Part shown: positions 33,443-47,408 of the stretch, in pieces
Position numbering within the stretch: the stretch's first letter is position 1
Layout: every line of letters begins with the position of its first letter
Assembly (NCBI RefSeq): GCF_964213995.1
Contig: NC_135821.1
Location: 4,836,001 to 4,900,000, forward strand
DNA length: 64,000 bases
DNA from: Mustelus asterias
Lineage: Eukaryota
Reading direction: 5' to 3'
Position numbers and translations under genes: made by a program
The notes under the pieces: generated by a model
Told to the model about the DNA's origin: nothing
Databases searched by the model: none
What the model saw: the letters and a program-made list of their open reading frames with translations, nothing else

Positions 33443-33999
33443 TCTCGACAATCACCAGGCAAGACTGTTCTCTTCCTGTTGGGGAGCACTTCAGCGGTCA
33501 CGGGCATTCGGCCTCTGATATTCGGGTAAGCGTTCTCCAAGGCGGCCTTCGCGACACACGACAGCGCAGAGTCGCTGAGCAGAAACTGATAGCCAAGTTC
33601 CGCACACACAAGGACGGCCTCAACCGGGATATTGGGTTTATGTCACACTATTTGTAACTCCCACAGTTGCGTGGACCTGCAGAGTTTCACTGGCTGTCTT
33701 GTCTGGAGACAATACACATCTTTTTAGCCTGTCTTGATGCTCTCTCCACTCCCATTGTTTTGTTTCTTAAAGACTGGATTAGTTGTAAGTATTCGCATTC
33801 CAACCATTATTCATGTAAATTGAGTCTGTGTCTTTATAAGTTCTGTTTGTGAACAGAATTCCCACTCACCTGAAGAAGGGGCTTAGAGCTTCGAAAGCTT
33901 GTGTGGCTTTTGCTACCAAATAAACCTGTTGGACTTTAACCTGGTGTTGTTAAACTTCTTACTGTGTTTACCCCAGTCCAACGCCGGCATATCCACATC
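33443..33999 (+). mobile_element. Penelope-like element 3' fragment: GIY-YIG endonuclease C-terminus plus pLTR
   Basis: Frame 33445-33657 = STITRQDCSLPVGEHFSGHGHSASDIRVSVLQGGLRDTRQRRVAEQKLIAKFRTHKDGLNRDIGFMSHYL* (not in the ORF track); TSD AAGGTTATATAA at 33431-33442 and 34000-34011. Confidence 0.88.
33862..33906 (+). ncRNA. Minimal type-I hammerhead ribozyme motif in the Penelope pLTR
   Basis: CAC-CTGAAGA-A-GGGGCT(TAG)AGCTTC-GAAA-GC-TT-GTG; palindromic AAGCTT in place of stem III. Confidence 0.7.
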
Positions 34000-36184
34000 A
34001 AGGTTATATAAAGCATTGGTGAGGCCGAATTTGGAGTATTGTGTACAGTTTTGGTCACCTAGTTACAGGAAGGATGTAAATAAGATTGAAAGAGTGCAGA
34101 GAAGGTTCACAAGGATGTTGCCGGGACTTGAGAAGCTGAGTTACAGAGAGAGATTGAATAGGTTGGGACTTTATTCCCTGGAGCGTAGAAGATTGAGGGG
34201 AGATTTGATAGAGGTGTATAAGATTTTGATGGGTATAGATAGAGTGAATGCAAGCAGGCTTTTTCCACTGAGGCTAGGGGAGAAAAAAACCAGAGGGCAT
34301 GGGTTAAGGGTGAAAGGAGAAAAGTTTAAAGGGAATATTAGGGGGGGCTTCTTCACGCAGAGAGTGGTGGGAGTGTGGAATGAGCTGCCGGATAAAGTGG
34401 TAAATGCGGGGTCACTTTTAACATTTAAGAAAAACTTGGATGGGTTCATGGATGAGAGGGGTGTGGAGGGATATGGTCCAAGTGCAGGTCAGTGGGACTA
34501 GGCATAAAATGGTTCGGCACAGACAAGAGGGGCCAAAAGGCCTGTTTCTGAGCTGTAATTTTCTATGGTTCTATGGTTCATTGTCAGAGGCTACAGAAGG
34601 ATATAGATAGGCTGGAAATTTGGGCAAAGAAATGGCAGATGGAGTTCAATCCTGATAAATGCGAAGTGATGCATTTTGGTAGAAATAATGTAGGGAGGAG
34701 CTATACGATAAATGGCAGAACCATAAAGGGTGTAGATACGCAGAGGGACCTGGGTGTGCAAGTCCACAGATCCTTGAAGGTGACGTCACAGGTGGAGAAG
34801 GTGGTGAAGAAGGCATATGGCATGCTTGCCTTTATAGGACGGGGCATAGAGTATAAAAGTTGGGGTCTGATGTTGCAGATGTATAGAATGTTGGTTCGGC
34901 CGCATTTGGAATACTGCGTCCAGTTCTGGTCGCCACACTACCAGAAGGACGTGGAGGGTTTGGAGAGAGTACAGAGGAGGTTTACCAGAATGTTGCCTGG
35001 TATGGAGGGGCTTAGTTATGAGTAGAGATTGGGTAAACTGGGGTTGTTCTCCCTGGAAAGACGGAGGATGAGGGGAGACTTAATAGAGGTGTATAAAATT
35101 ATGAAAGGCATAGATAGGGTGAATGGTGGGAAGCTTTTCCCCAGGTCGGTGGTGACGTTCACGAGGGGTCATAGGTTCAAGGTGAAGGGGGGGAGGTTTA
35201 ACACATATATCAGAAGGACATATTTTACACAGAGGGTGGTGGGGGCCTGGAATGCGCTGCCAGGCAAGGTGGTGGAGGCGGACACACTGGGAACGATTAA
35301 GACTTACCTAGATAGCCATATGAACGGAGTGGGAATGGAGGGATACAAAAGAATGGTCTAGTTTGGACCAGTGAGCAGCGCGGGCTTGGAGGGCCGAAGG
35401 GCCTGTTCCTGTGCTGTATTGTTCTTTGTTCTTTATTTCGAGTCCAATGTGACTCTTCAGAACTCAACTTGCAATGTCAGCATTGAAGCTGTGTTTGCTC
35501 AATGAAGCGGAAGGAACTGAAGGAGAGCGGGGACATTATGGGGTTTCTCGACAGAAATTATTCAAAACTAGGGGACTGGCGCACGAATAAATAGAAAATG
35601 CTCCGAGAATTGGAGTCTTCACCTCAGTGCGGCTGGAATATAAAGGGATGGGTCTTTGTCTCTCATTGTGGAAAGTGAGTTTGAGCTGATAGTTCCATCC
35701 TGATTTGGGGTGACATCACCGTTCCTTCACTGTCGCTGGGGAAAAATTCCTGGAATTCCCTCAACACGACAGGTGGACCTACATCACAGGGACAGCAGCG
35801 GGTTCAGGAAGGCAGCTCACCCACCACCACCTCGAGGGCAATTGGGGACGGGCAATAAACACTGGACCTCGCCAGCGACGCCCACGTCCTTGTGAAAGAA
35901 TATTTCAAACCCACATCTGGAGCAGTGGGTTCAGTTTCTTGTTATTCTCTCAGGGGGTGTGGGAGCCGCTGGCTGGGCCCGCATTTATTCCCCATCACTA
36001 ACTGCCCCTGAATTGAGTGTCTCGCTCGGCCATTTCAGAGAGCAGTTAACGATCAATCCCTGTGGCTCTGGAGTCACATGTAGGCCAGACTGGGTAAGGA
36101 CGGCAGATTTCCTTCCCTGAAGGGGACATTAGCGAACCAGATGGGATTTTTACCACAATCTGTGATAGTTCCATGGTCACCATT

Positions 36185-36830
36185 GGCACGGTGGCACAGT
36201 GGTTAGCACTGCTGCCTCACAGTGCAGGGACCCGGGTTCGATTCCTGGCTTGGGTCACTGTCTGTGTGGAGTTTGCATATTCTCCCTGTGTCTGTGTGAA
36301 TTTCTTCCTGGTGTTCTGGTTTCCTCCCACACTCCAAAGATGTGCAGGTTAGGTGGATTGACCGTGCTAATTGCCCCTTCGTTTCCCAAAATGTGCAGCT
36401 TAGGTGATTGGCCATGATCAGTAAGCAGGGATAGTGGGGGAGAGTGGGCCTGGATAAAGTGCTCTTTTGGAGGGTCGATGCAGACTTGATGGGCTGAATG
36501 GCCTCCTTCTGCACTGAAGGGATTCTGTATGGCAGCACGTTGGCACAGTGGTTAGCACTGCTACCTCACAGAGCGAGGGATCCAAGTTCGAATCCCGGCT
36601 TGGGTCACTGTCTGTGTGGAGTTTGCACGTTCTCCCCATGTCTGCGTGGGTTTCCTCCGGGTGCTCCGGTTTCCTCCCACAGTCTGAAAGACGTGCTGGT
36701 TAGGTGGATTGGCCATGCTAAAATCTCCCTCAGTGTACCCAAATAGGCACTGGAGTGTGGCGACTAGGGGATTTTCACAGTAACTTCATTGTGGTGTTAA
36801 TGTAAGCCTACTTGTGACAATAATAAATAA
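36185..36830 (+). mobile_element. Two tandem V-SINEs (36185-36528, 36531-36830)
   Basis: Two successive GGCACAGTGGTTAGCACTGC heads, each with a V-domain. Confidence 0.8.
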
Positions 36831-37664
36831 ATATTTTAAAAACTCCATTACTGAGATCAGCTTTCAAATCCAGATTTTTGTGAATTAATTGAATTTCTAA
36901 ATCCCACCGGCTGCCTGGGTGGGATTTCAATCCGTGTTGAGCTTCAGCTTCAGGGCCCCTGGATTGAAAGTCGGGTGACCTTACCGACATTGTGACCGTC
37001 TCCCCACCCACCCCAATAATCTGACCTTGTAGCGGGAGCCCGGCAGCGTGAGCAGAATGCTAGGATCATCTCGCATCCCATCGGGAATAGAATGGAATAA
37101 GGGGCGATTGTCATTGAGCTATTGAGGGCCATTCATGGGGTAGAGGGAGGGAAGTGATTTCCTTGGCCGGGGAAGTCCAGGGCAGAGACAGTTTGATCTC
37201 ACAATGAGAGCTGGCCTGTTATGGGGTGATGGTAAGAAGCACATCTTCACATAGAAGCTGCTGCAATCCTGGGCCTTGCTCACCCTAAATGTTGGCATGG
37301 ACGTTAGCTGTTTGTTAGGCAAGGGCATGATGGGATAGGTGAGTCAATAGAGTTGAAATGAGACCAGACATGATCTAAATGAATGGTGGGATAGGCTTGA
37401 GGGGCTGATTGGCCTCCTCCTGTCCTGATGCTCTGAGTCATCCACACCTGCCTGTAATCCACCGCTCTGATTGGCTTGCGAGATTACACCCCACCATGAT
37501 TGGTGCCTGGATTGATGGAAGATTTCTGATTGGCTATCAGGGGTTGTCAATCACCGTTGGTGATGTCATTCCCAGTTTGAATGCAGGATGTCCCAGTGGT
37601 ATAAATACAAAAGCTTGTGGCCAAGCAGGTCAGCTTGTTTGAGTTATCGTCCAGTGAGAGTACA

Positions 37665-39800
<2,136 letters not shown>

Positions 39801-40065
39801 CTGGGATTCTAATGGAAATATTAGTTTTGCTGCATTTGGAAATAAAAACGTTTTGTCTCTAATTCTGTAGCTGACTTCATTATTTTGCAACATTTATAAC
39901 CCCATCCAGCTTCCTAAACCTGATTCAATTCCTTCCCAGGACCATTACACCTGTTTCTTCAATGAATTTATTAACTGGGATCTAATTGTGCTCCACTTCC
40001 ATTTGCAAACTCGATGCTGATTATATTGTGAACTCTGACCCTGAGAGAACGCTATCAGATTCAGT

Positions 40066-40440
40066 GTGAGGAAAGTCAAAGAAAGCAATCACAATGACAT
40101 CATTGGCAAAGCTCCACATAATGGATTATTAGGGAAATTGGATGCAGCCTTTGGATATTATTGGGAATGGGTTGGGTCTCGAAGATGGAGTAGGGAGAAT
40201 GGACGCTCACTCCAATTGGCAGGGTGGGTCTGGTTATCTCCCCTGGGGTTGGCACACATTCCTCATGTCATTTTCTTTATCAATCTTATAGATAAGTGAA
40301 TGGAGAGCCATATATTCAAATCTGCTGATGGCATTAGGGTGGGTGGCACAGTAAAAAGTGCCAATGGGAGAGAAGCTGCAGCAGACTTTGATAAAGCAAG
40401 GATGAAAAACAGTGTCAAAAGAAGTTCAGTGTGAGGTTGT
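40066..40440 (+). mobile_element. Ancient CR1 RT remnant duplicated with units 7-9 (also 49553-49920, 60252-60600)
   Basis: Decayed ..PPHFIVFINDIDKRIKSHIFKSADGTGVGG.. corresponding to the RT FINDLD/FADD region. Confidence 0.6.
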
Positions 40441-40842
40441 TGACTCTGAATTGAGAAAGATGAATCCGAATGCTTGCTAAATGTTGAGAAGCTCAGAACC
40501 TGTCTGGGTCACTGATGTCCCTTTAGGGAAGGAAATCTGCCATCCTTACCCAGCCTGGCCTACATGTGACTGCAGAGCCACAGCAATGTGGTTGACTCTC
40601 AACTGCCCCTCTGAAATGGCTGAGTAAGACATTCTGTTCAAGGGCAACTAGGGCTGAGCAATAAATGCTGGCCCAGCTAGTGATGCCCATGTCCCACAAG
40701 TGAATTTTAAAAGAAATGCTGTGGAGGAAGAGAGGGGTTTGGGGTCCATGTAGGAATAAAGAGCTGAGATTTACAATTCATCGACAGAAGCCAATAAACT
40801 ATAATGGGCTGTCACATAAAATTAATGGAAATGACTATGGAT

Positions 40843-41150
40843 GGCATGGTGGCACAGTGGTTAGCACTGCTGCCTCACAGCAGGGTTCGATTCCTGGCTT
40901 GGGTCACTGTGTGGAGTCTGCACGTTCTTCCCCATGTCTGCATGAATTTCCTCCGGGTGCTCCGGTTTCCTCCCACATTCCAAAGATGTGCAGGTTAGGT
41001 TGATTGGCCATGCTAAATTGACACTAGTTTCAAGGGAATTAGCAGGGTAAATGTGTGGGGTTACGGAAATATGGCCTGGGTGGGATTATGGTCGGTGCAG
41101 ACTCGATGGGCCGAATGGCCTCCTTCTGCACTGTAGGGATTCTATGATTC
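40843..41150 (+). mobile_element. V-SINE (paralogous copy at 50340-50657)
   Basis: Head, V-domain and TCTATGAT tail. Confidence 0.8.
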
Positions 41151-41952
41151 TTTGACTAATAGAATTTTAGTCTTCATCTCAAGGAATATCAAGGAGTGAA
41201 GGTTCTGCCCCAGTTGCGAGTTAGAGAACATCTAGAACATTCCTTCCTGATATATTGGCTGTGAAGAGACAGCTTGAATTCACCAGAATGATACCAGGGC
41301 TGAAGGGGTTAAACCATGAGGACAGTTTATGGAAATGAGTTGTGCAGTCCTGAAAACGTAAAAAAAAAAAGAATTTATTATAACTGGGCATTGGACAAAG
41401 TAGATAGAGAGAAACTATTTCCTTTGGAACAGTCGCTATAATCTGATTAAATGTTGGTCATTTAAGACTGACCCGAAGAAGCTTTTCTTCACAAACCGGA
41501 AAGTGGAAATCTGGACAAACCCTCCCTAAAACATTGGGAACAACTAAACATTTCAAAGCTGAGCTTGTTGGGTTTTGTTAGGTAAGGGGATGAAGACATA
41601 TGGAACCAAAGTGGACAAATAAGATGCACATTCGCCATAATGTAATTGACTGATGGAACAGGTTTGAGGGGCTGAATGGCCTCCTCCTCTTCCTCTATTC
41701 TCATCATAGAATAATCAACCAAACCTGCCTGCATTCCAGAGCTCTGATTGGCTCTGGGGAGCACACACTCCACCCCCTCTACCTCATTGGTACCTGGATT
41801 CACGGCCAATTCCTGATTGGCTGTCAGAGATTGTCAATCAGTATTGGTGTTGTCATTGCTGGTTTGAATGCAGGATGTATAAATACAAGAGCTTGTGTCA
41901 GGAAGGGGCAGTTCTAGAACTTTCTAGGTGAGAGTGAGCAGTAGTTGCGAAG

Positions 41953-43874
41953 ATGGCTTCCCAAGTGTGTCAGAACTACCACAAGGACTGTGAGGATGCT
42001 GTTAACAAGCAGATCAACCTGGAGCTCTATTCCTCCTATGTTTACCTCTCCATGGTGAGGTTTTGTGATTATTGGGGTTTAGATTTAAAATAATGGTCTG
42101 GTTGTGCTCTGAGCAGGTGCAATATCTTTGTCAATGAATTTGGCTTTGAATGATAGTTCTTGCTGATAAATGTTATTGAGGGACAAGATCTTGTTAACAG
42201 TCTGCTCCCTGTCTGTAATAACGTGACCTGATTCTGAAGAGTTTCCATCTGAAACTGGCTCCATAAAGTTTCCAACAGAGGATTAACTTTAGTGTCACAA
42301 AGCCAATGTGCAGAGTGGACTGGGCCTCCAATCCCCTTGGAGGATTCCCCTTTATTGGGGAACAGAGGATTCGTGAGGTGCATGAATCTGGTCAAATTAT
42401 CCAACTTGGATGGAAGTAATTTAATTGGGTGACCACTTATGAATGTCCTCCCTCTACCATTCTAAATGGGTAAATCCTGTTGTGCTGAACTTTCCCTCCC
42501 CCAAGGCTAAATCATTCCATGAGCAATGAATTGGATTAAATTGAATTTTTTCCACTTTAAGCATTGATTTTTTTTTTTTTAAATCTCTATGGTGGGGGAG
42601 AAGGAATGTCCCACTGTTACATTAAACATGGCCTCGTGTTTGAAGCTAAACTTAAGCCCATTCGAGTAAGCAAATGATCTGTGGTTATTCTAAATTCCAA
42701 GTAGCCCATGAATGATCTGCTCTGACTCTCTCCCTGCAGTTCTGTTACTTTGACCGGGATGATGTTGCCCTGAGTCACTTTGCTGAGTTCTTCAAGGAGC
42801 AGTCACATGAGGAACGGGAACACGCTGAGAAACTGATGGAATTCCAGAATAAACGTGGAGGCAGAGTCATCCTGGAGGATGTCAAGGTTGGATTCTGTCC
42901 TCTTGATGCCACCTTATTTTTATCCAACTTCTATTCAAGCTTATTTTCTGACAACGTCTTTGGGGTCCTACTGTCGGCCATGATTAAAACTGTCTAGTAT
43001 TGAACTGAGAATGGGTGCATGATGAGTTGGTGGAGTTTTGATCTTTGGATCACCTGGAGCGAGTGGCTAAAGGATCAATAAATGTGGAGGCTCAGAAAAA
43101 ATAGGGTTATGTGCTGTAAGCTAATGGCTTAAACTGTCTGATTGGTTCAGATGACACTAATGTAGCTTTCTATGGAGGAAATAATTTGCAAAATGGGCTT
43201 TGATTCTTGCTCCTCACTTTCAGTTGCTGAACTGATGTAATGGTTTCCAAGGTAACATCCCATGGCACTAACCTACTTCGTCCCCTTCCAGAAGCCAGAG
43301 CAGGATGAGTGGAGCAATGGTCTGGAGACAATGCAGAGCGCTCTGCAGATGGAGAAGAATGTGAACCAGAGTCTGCTGGATCTGCACAAACTCTCCTCTG
43401 GGAACACCGACCCTCATGTAAGTTGATATTGGAATCTGCCCTTCACAGTTGCAGTTGTTGAGTCTATAAGCTGATGTCATCCATACCTAGGATCTGTGTC
43501 ACTGAATGGTTCCCAAGGCTTTTGGCGTCTGAAACTTCTGTTACTTGAGGCACTCGCTCCCAGTTTGATGGAATTGTGACTTGCTACTTGTGCACTCTAA
43601 CCAGAATTACCCACTTGTAATATTTTCCCCATCCACCTAGTGCAACTTGAGGGTAACACTCTCCTGGAAAAGATCTTCCATGTTTGAGTTAATAGTCACT
43701 AATTTCTCTCCTGTCTTTCCTTTCCAGCTGTGTGACTTCCTGGAGACTCACTACTTGGATGAACAAGTGAAGATGATCAAGAAGCTTGGAGATCACATCA
43801 CCAACCTGAAGAGACTGGGAGCCCCTGAGAATGGCATGGGAGAGTACCTGTTTGACAGGCTCACCCTCAACTGA
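41953..43874 (+). CDS. Ferritin heavy/middle chain-like copy 7, 173 aa
   Basis: Exons 41953-42054, 42740-42886, 43292-43417, 43728-43874; intact; distinct 5' UTR; TATA 41878; AATAAA 43915. Confidence 0.95.
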
Positions 43875-45150
43875 CTGGGATTTTAATGGAAATGTCAGCT
43901 TTGCTGCATTTGGAAATAAAACACTTTGTCTGTATAATTCTGTAGCTGATTTCATTATTTTTCAACATTTGATTTCTTTAAATCCTGATCCAGCTTCCTA
44001 AACTTGATCCAATTCCAAGACAATTACACTGATTCAGAAACATGGGGGCTACTTCTGAAAGTGTGCATTTCTAATGCAGTGTGGTTCCCCTCACCTGTGG
44101 GTGAAATGCCATGGTGTTGTGGCGTTGTATGGAATTCAACGTCAACCCTCTTCCAGTGTGCTGAATCTCTGCTTCAGACTCATCTGTCAAGGAAGGAAGG
44201 CATTCCTAATTCCAATATCCTGTGCAGGAGTGTCTCTAACCCCCTCACCATATTGTTAGGATAACGATAGAGCAGCAGGTTTGCATTGCTTAATCTTGGT
44301 TGGGTGAATGAATACAGAATTAGCTAGCCAAAACGTTCCACTTCAAAGAAGTGAATTCTGTCCTCCCAATCATGCCTGAAGCTGAAGTCACAAGTAGGCT
44401 TACATTTAACACTGCAATGAAGTTACTGTGGAAAATTCCCTCGTCGCCATACTCCAGTGCCTGTTCGGGTACACTGAGGGAGAATTTAGCTTGGCCAATG
44501 CACCCTAACCAGCACGTCTTTCGGACTGTTGGAGGGAGCAAGAGCACCTGGAGGAAACCCATGCCGACACGGCGAGAATGTGCAAACTCCACAGTGGCCT
44601 GAGCTGGGAATCAAACCCAAGTCCCTGGTGCTGTGAGGGCAGCAGTGCTAACCATAAAACACGATTTCTTTTTGCAATTCACATTGGGATTAAATCTCCA
44701 TTTGTGCTTTAGTGACGAGTTCTTTTTGAATATGTCCCATTGCTGAGTTTCATTTTCCAAACTCATTTATTGGTATTTTGCTCCTCATTAAAAAGGGATG
44801 AGCAGAAATAGGCCGTTTGGCCCATCACGTCTGCTCTGCCATTCAACAAGGTAACATGATATTCCTCTATTCCACTTTCCTGCCTAATCTTCACCCTCAA
44901 TTCCTTTGCTAATTAAAAATCGCAGCCTTGAATATACTGACCCAACATCTGTGGTGAAGAATTCCACAGATTCACTACCCTCCGAGAAGATATTCCTTAT
45001 CTAATGTTTCCCTATACCTCAAAATAGGAAGAAATGATATGTGGGCAGGCAGTCTCCCAGCTGCCTTTATTGATGCTAAGCCCCTCCCTATCCCATCATT
45101 GGACAGCCAACCACTGAGGGTCCAAGAATGGTCAATTAAAGCTCAGGGAA

Positions 45151-45236
45151 GAGCCAAGAACAACCTATCGAGGCACAGCGACAGGAGCCAAGAACAACCA
45201 ATTGAGGCACAGCGACAGGAACCAAGAATAATTAAT
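45151..45236 (+). repeat. 34-bp tandem repeat (~2.5 units) at a CR1 5' junction
   Basis: GAGCCAAGAACAACC(TATC/AATT)GAGGCACAGCGACAG at 45151-45184 and 45185-45218, partial third unit. Confidence 0.8.
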
Positions 45237-45239
45237 CAA

Positions 45240-47165
45240 GGATCAGGAAGAAATCTAGAAGAGTATACGACTAGTAGGAAGGAACTAAAGAGGGAAATTA
45301 GAAGAGCCAGGAGGGGACATAAGAAGGCCTTGGCAGACAGGATAAAGGAAAACCCCAAGGCATTCTACAAGTATGTGAAGAGCAAGGGGATATGATGTGA
45401 AGGAGTAGGACCTATCAAATGTGATAGTGGGAAAGTCTGTATTGAACCGGTTGAAATAGCAGAGGTACTCAATGAATACTTTGCTTCAGTATTCACAGTG
45501 GAAAAGGATCTTGATAGTTGCAGTGCAGACTTGCAGTGGACTGAGAAGATTGAGCATGTGGACATTAGGAAAGAGGATGTGTTGGAGCTGTTGAAAAGCA
45601 TCAAGTTAGATAAATCGCTGGGATCGGATGGGATGTACCCCAGGTTACTGTGGGAGGCGAGGGAAGAGATTGCTGATCCTCTGGCAATGATCTTTGCATC
45701 GTCAATGGAGACGGGAGAGGTTCCGGAGGATTGGAGAGTGGCGGATGTGGTTCCGTTATTCAAGAAAGGGAGAAGAGATAGCCCAGCAAATTATAGACCG
45801 GTGAGTCTAACCTCAGTGGTAGGTAAGTTGATGGAGAAGATCCTGAGAGGCAGGATTTATGAACATTTGGAAAGGAATAGTATGATCAGAAGTAGCCAGC
45901 ACGGCTTTGTCTGAGGCAGATCATGCCTTACGAGTCTGATTGAGTTTTTTGAAGATGTGACTAGACACTTAGATGGGGGAAGAGCGGTAGATGTGGTTTA
46001 TATGGATTTCAGTAAGGCGTTTGATAAGGTGCCCCATGCAAGGCTTATGAAGAAAGTGAAGGGGCATGGGATACAAGGGGACGTTGCTTTGTGGATTCAG
46101 AACTGGCTTGCCCACAGAAGGCAAAGAGTGGTTGTAGATGGGTCTTTTTCAGAGCGGAGGTCAGTCACCAGTGGGGTGCCCCAGGGATCTGTTCTGGGAC
46201 CCTTGCTCTTTGTGATTTTTATAAATGACCAGGATGAGGAAGTGGAAGGATGGGTTGGCAAGTTTGCTGATGACACAAAGGTTGGAGGTGTTGTGGATAG
46301 TGTAGAGGGATGTCAGCAGTTGCAATGAGACATAGATAAGATGCAAGACTGGGCGGAGAAGTGGCAGATGGACTTCAACCCAGATAAGTGTGTGGTGGTT
46401 CATTTTGGCAGGTCGAATAGGATGGAAGAATATAATATTAAGGGTAAGACGCTTGGCAGTGTAGAAGAACAGAGGGATCTTGGGGTCCGGGTTTATAGGA
46501 CGCTCAAAGCAGCGTCGCAGGTGGAGGCTGTGGTTAAGAAGGCGTATGGAATACTGGCCTTCATCAATAGAGGAATTGAGTTTAGAAATCGGGAGATAAC
46601 GCTGCAGTTGTATAGGACCCTGGTCAGACCCCACCTGGAGTACTGTGCCCAGTTCTGGTCGCCTCATTACAGAAAGGATGTGGAAGCCATAGAACGGGTG
46701 CAGAGGAGATTTACGAAGATGTTGCTGGGATTAAGTGGTATGCCTTATGAGGATAGGTTGAGAGAGCTGGGTCTATTCTCCTCGGAGAGGCGAAGGATGA
46801 GAGGTGACCTGATAAAGGTGTATAAGATGTTGAGAGGTAATGATAGAGTGGATTCTCAGAGGCTGTTACCAGGGCTGAAATGGTTGTCACGAGAGGCCAC
46901 AGGTTTAGGGTGCTGGGGAGTAGGTATGGAGGAGATGTTAGGGGTAAGTTTTTCACTCAGAGGGTGATGGGTGCATGGAATTGGCTGCTGGTAGTGGTGG
47001 TGGAAGCGGATTCAATTGAGTCTTTTAAGAGACTTTTGGATAGGTTCATGGAGGTTAGTAAGATAGAGGGTTATAGATGAGCCTAGAAGGTAAGGAAATT
47101 GTTCGGCGCAACTTGTGGGCCGAAGGGCCTGTTTGTGCTGTAGCTTTTCTATGTTCTATGTTCTA
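45240..47165 (+). mobile_element. 5'-truncated CR1 LINE (stops and frameshifts)
   Basis: RT motifs across ORFs 45498-47080; (CTATGTT)n tail. Confidence 0.92.
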
Positions 47166-47408
47166 AAGAGGACACCCATTTATTTTGAGATTATGTCCTC
47201 CAGTCCCAGACTCACCCACAAAGAGAAACAACCTCAGCATCTACCCTGTCAAACCCCCAGAGAATACGATGTGGCTCAATAAGGTCATCTCTCACTCTTC
47301 TAAACTGCAGTGAGTGCAGCTCAAACTCTCCTCATGAGAAAATGCCTCCATACCCAGGATCAATCTAGTGAACCTTCTCTGGACTGCCTCCAATGACAGT
47401 ATATTTTT

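Larger units (their letters stand above)
32663..34578 (+). mobile_element. Young CR1 (subfamily B) nested in the outer CR1
   Basis: RT ORF 32667-33442, continuing at 34012-34501; (CTATGGTT)n tail. Confidence 0.9.
32143..35434 (+). mobile_element. Outer CR1 LINE (32143-32662 + 34579-35434) of a triple-nested insertion
   Basis: RT motifs split after [14 protein letters not shown] and resume at HCQRLQKDIDRL; (GTTCTTT)n tail; empty site at ~27750 in the sister unit. Confidence 0.9.

Noticed and set aside
37425-37445. TGAGTCA upstream of copies 5 and 6 as an antioxidant response element
   Set aside because: It matches AP-1, but the GC spacing required for TGACnnnGC is not met; too short to support
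45151-45236. 34-bp direct repeats resembling a CRISPR array
   Set aside because: Repeats are contiguous with no spacers, there are no cas genes, and the context is eukaryotic
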